Assembly: GCA_977030845.1 (NCBI GenBank)
Contig: OZ365115.1
Location: forward strand, 28,644,001 to 28,708,000
Direction of reading: 5' to 3'
From: Fimbriosthenelais zetlandica
Lineage: Eukaryota
Length of the DNA stretch: 64,000 bases
In this document: one piece after another, positions 49,427 to 60,384 of the stretch
Layout: each line of letters opens with the position of its first letter
Position numbering within the stretch: position 1 is the first letter of the stretch
Made by a program: the position numbers and the translations under genes
The notes under the pieces: generated by a model
The model's database searches: none
What the model was told of the DNA's origin: nothing
Seen by the model: only the letters and a program-made list of their open reading frames with translations

Positions 49427-52107
49427 ATGGAGGGAATTACACCAGTGTATTTTGCAATAGGGGGCCTTACACTCTTTATCTTTTGGAGGTACTATTCAAG
49501 ACGAAATTTACCACCCGGACCAAAGGGCATACCGTTCTTTGGAAATTTCTTCCAATTCCAAATTCAGCCCCACCAAACCGTGGAGAAATGGGCACAGGAA
49601 CATGGAGATGTTTTTTTGATTAAACTATTAGGAGAAAATATAGTAGTCATCAGTGGAGAAGATTTGATTCATCAAGTTCTGGTCACTGACTCAGATTCGT
49701 ATGCAGATCGACCACGCATTGTACGTACTCGAGAAATTTTCTTCGACAACAAGTTCAACCTAACATTTTCAGAATTCTCTGAAACATGGATAAAGGTGAA
49801 GAAAGCAGCCATGAAATCATTGAAGTCTTACGGCGATGGATTGAAGAGAATAGAGGAACTGGCACTGGACTTAGCTGGAGAAATGTTGGAAAACATCGAT
49901 TCTCATAAGCAAGAAGCTTTTGACCCACAAGACATCTTCCAAGTCACAATGGCCAAGATAGCATTCAATCTGGTAATCATAATGTGCAATTTACGTTTTA
50001 TGTATTTAGTATTGCAAGAAATGGTGCAAGACTATTTTAGTCAAAGAAATATTCAAATAAAGAATATCAGAATATTCAATGTTCTCTCATACATTATTGG
50101 AATACAAGAAAATATATCGAACCAGGAAATGACACTGAAGCCATATTTATTTTTAGGTATTTGGCCAGAAGCTGGATGATTCCAATGCCAAGATTCTCAC
50201 TGAGGCCGAACGAGAAGGCTCACAGTTAGGTGTGCTAGGAGGCAGAGGAACAGAGCTGGAGGTCTTCCCATGGTTACGACATGTCCGCAAATCTGTTGTT
50301 GAGGAATTGCAAGCAGTCTTTGAAAAAATGGCTCAAGTGACAAGGCCTGCAACCGCTGTTTGCAAGGTGAGTGAAATATAAAAGACAGCATATAACTTGA
50401 AGGTCTTTTCTTTCAGTTTAACCACTCTATGTCAAATACTTTCAATTTTAGACACAATTAAGGTGGATCCATTGTAGAACTATATATAGGCCTACATGAC
50501 TGTTAAGACAGTGACTGAGGTATAGGACATAAGCACATAATAGGAGCTAAAAGGTACCTAAATATTACCGGTATAGAATATGCCAGGATTAGGTGTAGGA
50601 ACAATATTTTTAGCTTTGTCTAAACTATTCTTTAATGTAGGTGCACGCAGGACTTTTCCTGACAGGGAAAATAAGCAAAAATAACTGTCCGTAGAAGCAC
50701 AAAAAACTGCAGGAATAATCCTTATTGACTTCTTAGTCTATTGAAAGCACATCTATTAAATTGCCTTATCTTAAAATTTGAAATATCATCCACGGCATAC
50801 TTCCACGAATAATCGGCCTCCAACCCCAACATTAGTCATTATATTCATGAATAATCAACGAGAAACATCGTTCTTGATTTACTATGTTCATTTAATAGGA
50901 GCAAGATGAGTCGAACAACAATGTAGTCAGAGCTATTCTTAACTGTAAGAGTGAAGGAGGGGATGGTAGTATACTCAGTGAGGAAGATATCCACGTCACT
51001 GCTTTGGATATTATAATTGCAGGTTGGGCTTCATTATATTAACATGAATAAATTTCTATTCGGCTATGGCATATTCAGCCTAATTTTCTCATTTTTTATG
51101 TGATCAAATCCTTCCAATTTAACAGGTATAAGTACATCCTCTGGAGCTCTTCACAGCCTTGTTGCCTTTTGTATCAATGACCCGAAAATTCAGGAAAACA
51201 TCCAAGCTGAGATTGATAAAGTTATTGGATCACGATTACCAAGCTTAGACGACAAGAACAACATGCCATATGTCAGTGCCACAATACTGGAACTTATGAG
51301 AATCATCTCTCATGTACCTCTCTCAGTTCCTCATGCCACGACAAAGCAGGTCAACATTGGTGGATATACACTGCCCAAGGGTCAGGAGGTAAAGATTTAC
51401 ATCAGAGTTACCAGTAGCCCACCAATGATGGATCCAAGATTTGTAAAAGAGTTGGGGGATGACTGAGATTAAGTTGTAATTACATGATAGAAAACAAACA
51501 ATTTAATATAAATAACTTTTATATCAACAAATAAAGCTGTTGTTCACATCAGTCTCCAGTTCGATACCACTGCATGGTGACATGTAAACTTGCCATTTCT
51601 ATATTAGAGCTGTTGTTTGTGTTAAACAGATATGGTTGAACCTGTGGTTGCTACATCATGATGAGAGATACTGGGATGAACCTTATGTTTTCAAACCAGA
51701 AAGATTCCTCACAGCAGAAGGTCAGCTGGTGCCTCCCGGTCACATCAACAGACGCAGGTCAGTCCTCACAAATTATAGTAACATATTAAGCTTTAAATCA
51801 AATACATTTATACTAATGATGTATTGACCCAATAATACAAATATTATATGTCTTAGGTCTGACTGCGTCTTAATTTGTTTCTAGGATGATGGCTTTTGGA
51901 GCAGGTCGACGTGTCTGCGTCGGGGAGAACATAGCTAAAAGCCGTCTGTTCATTCTCATCTGTTCAATCTACCAAAGATATGATATTCTGGCCGGGGATG
52001 TTCAACACCCTCCTGTCTCTGACCCTCGGAAATACCAGTCCCATTTTGTCCTTCGCCCTGACAGCTATAAGATTCGTTGTATTCCAAGGGAATCTGTCAA
52101 AGCCTGA
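49427..52107 (+). CDS. Cytochrome P450 clan 2, copy F
   Basis: Exons 49427-49972, 50157-50366, 50899-51022, 51126-51388, 51630-51757, 51885-52107. Confidence 0.93.
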
Positions 52108-53096
52108 AGCTTGATTGAATGTCCTTTTCCTGCCAAAATACAGTACAACCTCTACATACCGCCACCTTTGGGACCTGGGGCCCATTGGACTAAACCAACG
52201 AGGCCCAGCGTCCCCTCGTATAAGCATTTGCATTGTACTAATTCTGGGTCTCGTTTACAATGCTTTTTCTATGGACAAAAGCTACAAGAGTGTCTCCACG
52301 ACACTGCGTCGTTACACTTTGCTTCGTACAACTTTTGCTCATCAAAATTTGTCTGTGCCAGCTTACAACAGCTTTGTGATAGTCTAATAATTATTGAACT
52401 TAAATAACCAATATGTAGATCTACTATCAGAAATTCAATGTGTTGATAAATTATCACTTTGGCAAAAAGTACGGACCCTCAGCGAGTATTTGGAAATTAC
52501 ATTGAATTGTCTGAAATTAAAGAGTCTTTTTTGAGCAAAGAGCACGGACCTCACAATAGGTTTCTTTGATGTCACATATCATTTATATTCTGTGTATCTG
52601 TATGTAACCAGCATTATGTTAAGGTTGAAGTTAATTGGATTTGCAGGTCATTTATGTTGTAAAAATGGAAAAGAAAGAAATTTACATGTATATTTTTAAC
52701 GTCTTTTGATAACAAGAAATTATTGTAATATATTATTAATACATGAAATAGTTGTGTTATGCCATTTGTAACCTGTACTCACTTCAATGAGTAAATTTAC
52801 GTTTTCAACGTCCTTTTGGAGGGGGGAGTGATGTTGCAAATGGATAACTAGTTTTATATCTTAGGACTTATATTTCATTTAGATGCATGCATGCATTATG
52901 TTTCGCTTTTTGCATTATGTTACCAGCTCATCCACTTTAATACCCCATTGTAACAAAAACATTTATTGCCAGAGTTACAAAGGTACAATTGATTTTAGAA
53001 AACGCCATTGTAATCAGAAATAATGACTAATGTATTAAATTAACTTCATAAGGAATACACAATTGTTTTCTTAGAAATAATAAGTATTATTTCTAG

Positions 53097-53312
53097 GAAT
53101 TTAGCCAGAAGTTAGAGGATGCCAAAGCAAGATTTCTAACTGAGGGTGAGGGACGTGGGACATAGTATGGTATTCCAGGAGGGAGAGGGACAGAGCTGGA
53201 GTTTTTCCCGTGGTGAAGACAGTTTCGTAAATCTTATATAAGGGAGATGGATGCTGTGTCTGATATTTGTAGCATGAATCTAGTGACCAGCACTGCAGTG
53301 GATGCTTGCAAG
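53097..53312 (+). pseudogene. Relic D-type CYP exon 2 with in-frame stops
   Basis: EFSQKLEDAKARFLTEGEGRGT*YGIPGGRGTELEFFPW*RQF...; stops at 53163 and 53214; followed by sequence matching the 3' flank of copy D. Confidence 0.88.
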
Positions 53313-53647
53313 GTAAAGGACAGGCCTTTTCATAATAAACTGGAAATCACTTTGCATGATGTATAATGCTCGAAACAATAGGTTTTTTCGATAGGAGGCC
53401 CATAATACAGTACATGATTGTATAGGATGAAACGAGTGCCAGATTATATGCATTATGTTATTAGGTACATTTATGATAAGAGCATGATAAGTTTATACTT
53501 CAATATCGTTCAACTATATTTTTCACCACCTCTGCCCATACACTTTGCACCATGACATGGCAATCGATATGACACTATTTAGAGATTAGATGACCATTTT
53601 CTGCCCTTAAATCTCTGGACAAACCAAGAGAGTTTAGACATTACAGA

Positions 53648-55970
53648 ATGGAGGGAATTACACCAGTGTATTTTGCAATAGGGGGCCTTACACTCTTTAT
53701 CTTTTGGAGGTACTATTCAACACGGAATTTACCACCCGGACCAAAGGGCATACCATTCTTTGGAAATTTCTTCCAATTCCAAATACAGCCCCACCAAACC
53801 GTGGAGAAATGGGCAAAGGAACATGGAGATGTTTGTCTGATTAAAATATTAGGCAAAAATATTGTAGTCATCAGTGGAGAAGATTTGATTCATCAAGTTC
53901 TGGTCACTGACTCAGATTCTTATTCAGGTCGACCACGCATTGTACGTACTCGAGAATGTTTTTTCGACCACAAGTTCAGCCTATCATTTTCTGAATTCTC
54001 TGATACATGGTTGAAGGTGAAGAAAGCAGCCATGAAATCATTGAAGTCTTATGGAGATGGACTGAAGAGAATAGAGGAACTAACATTGGACTTAGCTGGA
54101 GAAATGTTGGAAATCATTGATTCTCACAAGCAAGATGCTTTTGACCCACAAGACATCTTCCAAGTCACAATGGCCAAGATAGTATTCAATCTGGTAATCC
54201 TCATGTGCAATTTACGTTTATGTATTTAGTATTACTAAACATGTTGACTTCAAGAAATGGTGGAAGACTAATTTAGTCAAAGAAATACTCAAATAAAGAA
54301 TATCAGAATATTCAAAGTTCTCTCATACATTATCTGAATAAAAGAAAATATATGTAACCATATTTTTTTTAGGTATTTGGCCAGAAGCTGGATGATTCCA
54401 ATGCCAAGATTCTCACTGAGGCCGAACGAGAAGGCACACAGTTAGGTGTGCTAGGAGGCAAAGGAACAGAGCTGGAGGTCTTCCCATGGTTACGACATGT
54501 CCGCAAATCCCTTGTTGGGGAATTTCGAGCAGTCTTTGAACAAATGAGTCAAGTGACAAGGCCTGCAACGGCTGCTTGCAAAGTGGGTGAAATATTAAGG
54601 CAACATATATATCTTGATGGTCTTTTCTTTCAGTTTTATCACTCTGTGTCAATTTTAGACACAATTATTATTGAACAGTCAGTAAAGACATAATACTGGC
54701 CATTTCAGGGTCCTGCTGGACTGAAAATATATTATAAAAATGTCATAGTTTGAATACGAAACTATAGTAACTTTAGTAACTATAGTAACTGTATCTATGG
54801 CACTAGACTAATTGGCATCCAATCCACTCATGAATTAAGATAAATATCATTCTTGATTTTCTGTATTCATTTAATAGGAGCAAGATGAGTCGAACAACAA
54901 TGTAGTCAGAGCTATTCTTAACACTAAGAGTGAAGAAGGGGATGGTAGTATACTCAGTGAAGAAGATATCAACGCCACTGGTTTGGATATTGTATTTGCA
55001 GGTTGGGTTTCACCATACTCCCTATATTAACATGAATTGATATTCGGCAATGGCATATTCAGTCAAATCTCTCATTCTTTGATGTGAACAAATCTTTTCA
55101 ATGTAATAGGTATAAGTACTTCCTCTGGCGCTCTCCACAGCCTTGTTGCCTTTTGTATCAATGACCCGAAAATCAAGGCAAACATCCAAGCTGAGATTGA
55201 TAAAGTGATTGGATCACGATTACCAAGCTTAGACGACAAGAACAACATGCCATATGTCAGTGCTACAATACTGGAACTATTGAGAATCATCTCCCATGTA
55301 CCACTTGCACTTCCTCATGCTACGACAAAGCAGGTCAACATTGGTGGATACACACTGCCCAAGGGGCAGCAGGTAACGTTTTGCCAATACCAATAAAATT
55401 TATGGGTTGAAATTACTTTATTATTGACAAATAAAGCTATTGTTTGTGTTAAACAGATCTGGTTGAACCTGTGGTTGCTACATCATGATGAGAGATACTG
55501 GGATGAACCTTATGTTTTCAAACCAGAAAGATTCCTCACAGCAGAAGGTCAGCTGGTGCCTCCCGGTCACATCAACAGACGCAGGTCAGTCCTCACAAAT
55601 TATAGTAACATATTAAGCTTTAAAGCATTATAACTATGAATTTTAACCTTGAACTTAAACCTCTCTATGCAGTATACCCTTTTTGTATAATTGGTCCAAT
55701 AATATCATTATGTGTTAGGTCTGATTGCTGCTTAAAATTTGTTCTAGGGTGATGTCTTTTGGAGCAGGTCGACGGGTCTGCGTCGGAGAGAACATTGCTA
55801 AAAGCCGTCTGTTCATTCTCATCTGTTTAATCTACCAAAGATATGATATTCTGCCCGGGGATGTTCAACACCTTCCTGTCTCTGACCCACGAAAATACAA
55901 GGCCAACTTTGTCCTTCGCCCTGACGCCTATAAGATTCGTTGTATTCCAAGGGAATCTGCCAAAGCCTGA
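53648..55970 (+). CDS. Cytochrome P450 clan 2, copy G
   Basis: Exons 53648-54193, 54373-54582, 54878-55001, 55110-55372, 55457-55584, 55748-55970; the exon-2 donor is weaker (AAA|GTGGGT). Confidence 0.92.
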
Positions 55971-58434
55971 ATCTTGATTCAATGCCCTTTTCCAGCCAAA
56001 TTAGGTTCAAGATAATAGCGGGGGCGGGGGGGGGGCGATAAAATGCGAAGTCATGAACTTTCTTTGTAGCTTAACCTGCTTGAAAGCTGATGTGAAACTT
56101 TTATCAGATTTCAGATCAATAAGCGTTTGATCAAGACATAAATATCGATTAGGAAATCAAAATTGAAAACAAATATTGATAAACATTATTAATATTGATA
56201 AAAGTGTAGGCAGTGTTTAAGTTTGATTAATGCGCAGACCGGCTAGATGTTATTGGCGCGACACGCGATTTTGAAGGGGAAACCACCTGATTTTCAAAAG
56301 GCATCCGAACTTTTTTCGATTTTCAAATATGCCCTGAAAAATAACCTCTTATAATATGTAATGTTTTAAGAGGTGAAAGGTGGGCGATATGGCTAGCCTA
56401 TATATAGACCTTTTAGTGAGATGAAAGATGGATCAATTGATTGCCACAATGACTCTGGAGCAGTCCTCCTGGAAATCAAATGTATTATTCACTAATGCAC
56501 TTCCGCTGGGGCTGGGAGCAGGGACGAAGAGTCTGTCCACAATGACACCACCCCAACCATGACCCATTATGATAGGACAAGATGCTTTGTTACTAAAAGA
56601 GGCAAATGTATGCTGCATTCCCAGTTGATTATTTTTTGTGTTTGTTCAATGAATGATGTATGTACACCATTGCTTTTTGTGGATTTTGATTTGCCATGAT
56701 TGAATGGAAGGGGTGATCGGGGGATATTTCAGGCTGTATAGCCCAGGGAACACTGCAATCTCTCCATTGCCACCAATAGAGAGGATTAGGCCTATATTCA
56801 TCAGAGGGCGCCACTGGCAGTGTGAGTGACGTCATTGATCCCCAGATCAACAGATGTTTTCTTGAAAGTCACCAAATGTAGTTTTTTTCTTTGTACAACC
56901 GTACATGATACTACTGCTTTCTTCCCCTTTAACTCAATTTTAGGTACATGAAAATCTGCACCTTTATTTTCAAACAATGCTTTGAACTTGTATTGACAGA
57001 GCTCACAAACTCAATTTAAAAGAACCACATTCATGTTTCCTTTCCCATGCTACGATATAATTCATCTATCTTGAACAGGGTTCAAATAGAGGCCTTGCAC
57101 ATTTCCACAGTGAAACAGGTTTACTACCATTATGTTTGGCTGTACCCACTGATCTATGCCCTATTACAATCACAGTGGATCCAGGGTATATAACAGACCC
57201 ACTACCTTTCTCTGATGACGTGTGCACGCAGCTTTCAGCACCTCCCTCCCCGAGTACCACTCTCCATCTAAACCAGAGCACTCACAGCAAATCTAAACAT
57301 CATAATCTCCTCAAACATCCACCATTGATTAATTAGGACTGCTCATATCAATTGAACTAAAAAAAACATTTAAAACTGGAAAGTGTTTAAAACTATCAAG
57401 AGGATATTTTCAGTTGGGACTTTTCTCATGATTGAGGAGCAATTTCTGTCAGAGGGATGCTCCGAGTGTTGTCTTAAGGGCGTGTGGAAGGTGAGGGGAG
57501 AGAGACAGAGAGACAACAAGAAGGGGACAGAGTTGAAACAGCTGGCATAGCAATAAGTGGTTCCACAAGATCGAGAATTCCTGAGTTGAGTTGAATCCCA
57601 TGCAGATTCAAGATATCTCAACTCCTCACTCTTGCATCAGTCTAAGGAAAGGAGGATGGTACATTAACAACTCCGACAAAGTCTGACCAGAATTCTATAG
57701 TTCTGCTACTCGTCAAGTACCTCGTAGATCAGGAAAGGTGTCCAAAGTACAAGGTACAAGGGAGGATTAGTTTACACATCTCATCAAGGCCAAATCAAGT
57801 CATCAAAAAACAAGGTAAAAAGTTCAGCTGTCACAAGCCTATAATCCTCAGAAGAGATTCCAAATAGGTTATATGATTTAATGTAGTAGTTTTTGAAAGT
57901 TTTCGCAGATTAGAATATAAATATTATTTATAAATATCATAATTTTAATTGATTTCATTCCCCTTTTGAAATGATAGAATGGCAGAATTGAAACATGAAG
58001 TAAATCTTTCAAATATTTATGTTTAAAGATAACATTTTATAGGAGCATCAGTTGCCCGTCACTGTTGACAAAATCGATCCATCTGCCTCAAAGGTAATCT
58101 CGATTGCACTGAATGATGTTTTCAAATGAAATGCATTCCAGCAAGATAAATTGACATGGCGGAGATGGGAGCGAACCCAAACAATCCCTATGGATATGTC
58201 TATTGATTATGATATTGATATTGTTTAACTGATTTTAAAATGATTGTCTTTTGTCAATACTAAATCTATTCAGAGGAAGACATTTTGAGTTGTGAAAAGT
58301 CCATTAAATTGTACATTCGATGCCTGGTTATATTGATGTGACATGATAACTACTTTTCGCTCTGAATAATATGCATTAGATTTTGAACCTTTAAACAGCT
58401 AGTGATTTCAATGCAAACAATAATTTATTTTTAG

Positions 58435-60384
58435 AGTGCCCAACACGGAAACTCCATGCAAAAAGACAACGTTAAAGAGTATGCATTCATGGGAAAGTCA
58501 GCCAAAGTAGGCATCGATATGGACGGAAAACTAGATGAAGGCAAATTTGGTGACTGGCTCCGTGCACTCAGAACAGACGATCTTTGTAAAGTAGAATCAA
58601 CCCTCAGCGAGGCAGACACATTCACTCAAAAGGAACTTCTCAATGGGACCTTTTGTTTTACTAATGAAATACCTCATACTATAGCTAAAGGTACCAAAGG
58701 ATATGTAGCATTTAAAGTGACCAGACCATGGGCTATAGCAGCTATTTCACATTCTCATACATGCATGGCATGCATGCAAAGTTACGATGTTGATGTATAC
58801 CAGAGTGATAAGGATGGGAATAATGTTGTTCATGTGCTCATCATGCTTTCTTACCTCGATTCAGACCTCGAGAAAAAAATGAATGAAACTTTTTCATATC
58901 TCAAAGAGAATCTGAGCCTGGAGCAATTGAAAGGGCTTCTGTATGCGGAAAACCACGAATGTTACCGTCCACTTGAAATGGCTGCTCATCTTGAATGCTT
59001 GAAGATTTTCCAGAACATTTTTAAAACAGAAGGAATTTATTTCCACAGGGAGGACGTGGATAGTGTTTATAGCATAGAATGGTTCCGCGTCAGTGATTAT
59101 GAAAGTACAGCGGCTGGGAACAGACATAATTACTCACCTTTATATGAACTGGTCATGATCAACGACACGAAGATTGAAGATGACTGCACGAAGAACATCT
59201 TCCAGTCTCCACTCATTCAAACATGGACTAAACTCAAGATGCGCTGCGCCATGCCTTTTATAATGGTCTGGTTGGTTATAAGACTCATGTACATCACTGC
59301 TTTCCTCTTTACTGATATGACTGAACCTGACTGGACTGCGGCCTCAGGCTCAGTCTTCACTAACATGTCATCTAGATATTCACTGAATGAGTCCACCACC
59401 ATTGTGAACCCAGCCGCCTCAAGATTCGACTGTGTCAGTACTGAAAGAGTTTTTGTACCCTTCTATGTGTATGTAGGCTTTTCTATGTACCTCACATGTC
59501 ACTCCGCCATTGTGGTTTTGTTTGATATTGGTGAGTCTTGTCTCTTTTTGTTAACTGATAGATTAAAAACGGTGAGGACACCGCGAGGTTACAAAGATCC
59601 AGCTGTCAACTATGGCTACTATAGGATCACTCAGTTTCTACAGGCTTTCATGGTAGTCCTCTACATGGTTGGTAGAAACCTGAGCCTCACACTCGATGCG
59701 GGAATGCCTCAAGTCCTGGAGAACTTATTTTACATTAACATCGCTATGTCCATTGTGTGGTCTTTCCTCTTCTTTGTCCAGCTTATGCCCTGGATTGGGC
59801 ATTTTGTTATTGCCGTCCAAAGCATGATGCTAAAACTGGCCAAATTCCTAATTGTCTTTTTGTGCTTTTCCATCCCTTTCGTTGGCTCCTTCCAGAGGTT
59901 GCTGAATCAAGGTAAAGAGCTGGGTTCCTGTCCCGCAGCTTTTAACGGTTTCGGGGAGTCTTTTTACACTGTCTTTATGATCATGCTGAATATGGAAAAC
60001 CTGAGGAAACTCAATCCTGTTGACGCTTTCTCCACATACCTCCTCCACGCTCTCTATGTCTTTACCACTTCAATCCTCCTTATCAACTTCCTTGTTGCTC
60101 TTTTCTCCACATCTTTCTCCCGAGTTGATGATAATCAGGTCACAATCCAAACCATTCAGAGGCTGTCAGTCGCTTGGTTGATTGAGGAAAGGATCACAAG
60201 GCTTTGTCTTAAAGGTTTGTATGCGATGAGTCTTGCTCGGGCTTTTCCTAAAAAGAACGGCGAGATTTGGATCCCATGCCTCAGCGTATGCTCTGAAACA
60301 TCAGACAAAACTCTGTTAAACACTAAACGTCCAAGCACAGCTCCAAGGTCAAGGAAACCAGTAGTTGCTTATATGATACGCTAA
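58435..60384 (+). CDS. TRPV-like (TRPV5/6- or TRPVL-type) cation channel, large single coding exon; possible small upstream exons 57728-57814 and 58043-58093
   Basis: Ankyrin-like DKDGNNVVHVLI and YRPLEMAAHLECLKIFQNI; six hydrophobic segments; S4-S5 WSFLFFVQLMPWIGHFVIAVQSMM; pore helix SFYTVFMIMLN; S6 ILLINFLVALFSTSFSRV. Acceptor TTAG at 58431-58434 is in frame with ATG 58456. Confidence 0.85.
   Translation, partial: SAQHGNSMQKDNVKEYAFMGKSAKVGIDMDGKLDEGKFGDWLRALRTDDLCKVESTLSEADTFTQKELLNGTFCFTNEIPHTIAKGTKGYVAFKVTRPWAIAAISHSHTCMACMQSYDVDVYQSDKDGNNVVHVLIMLSYLDSDLEKKMNETFSYLKENLSLEQLKGLLYAENHECYRPLEMAAHLECLKIFQNIFKTEGIYFHREDVDSVYSIEWFRVSDYESTAAGNRHNYSPLYELVMINDTKIEDDCTKNIFQSPLIQTWTKLKMRCAMPFIMVWLVIRLMYITAFLFTDMTEPDWTAASGSVFTNMSSRYSLNESTTIVNPAASRFDCVSTERVFVPFYVYVGFSMYLTCHSAIVVLFDIGESCLFLLTDRLKTVRTPRGYKDPAVNYGYYRITQFLQAFMVVLYMVGRNLSLTLDAGMPQVLENLFYINIAMSIVWSFLFFVQLMPWIGHFVIAVQSMMLKLAKFLIVFLCFSIPFVGSFQRLLNQGKELGSCPAAFNGFGESFYTVFMIMLNMENLRKLNPVDAFSTYLLHALYVFTTSILLINFLVALFSTSFSRVDDNQVTIQTIQRLSVAWLIEERITRLCLKGLYAMSLARAFPKKNGEIWIPCLSVCSETSDKTLLNTKRPSTAPRSRKPVVAYMIR

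Noticed and set aside
56720-56750. GGYFRLY resembling a bacterial polysaccharide-deacetylase motif (possible HGT)
   Set aside because: A 7-residue match with no other recognisable family motifs, in a frame containing stops.
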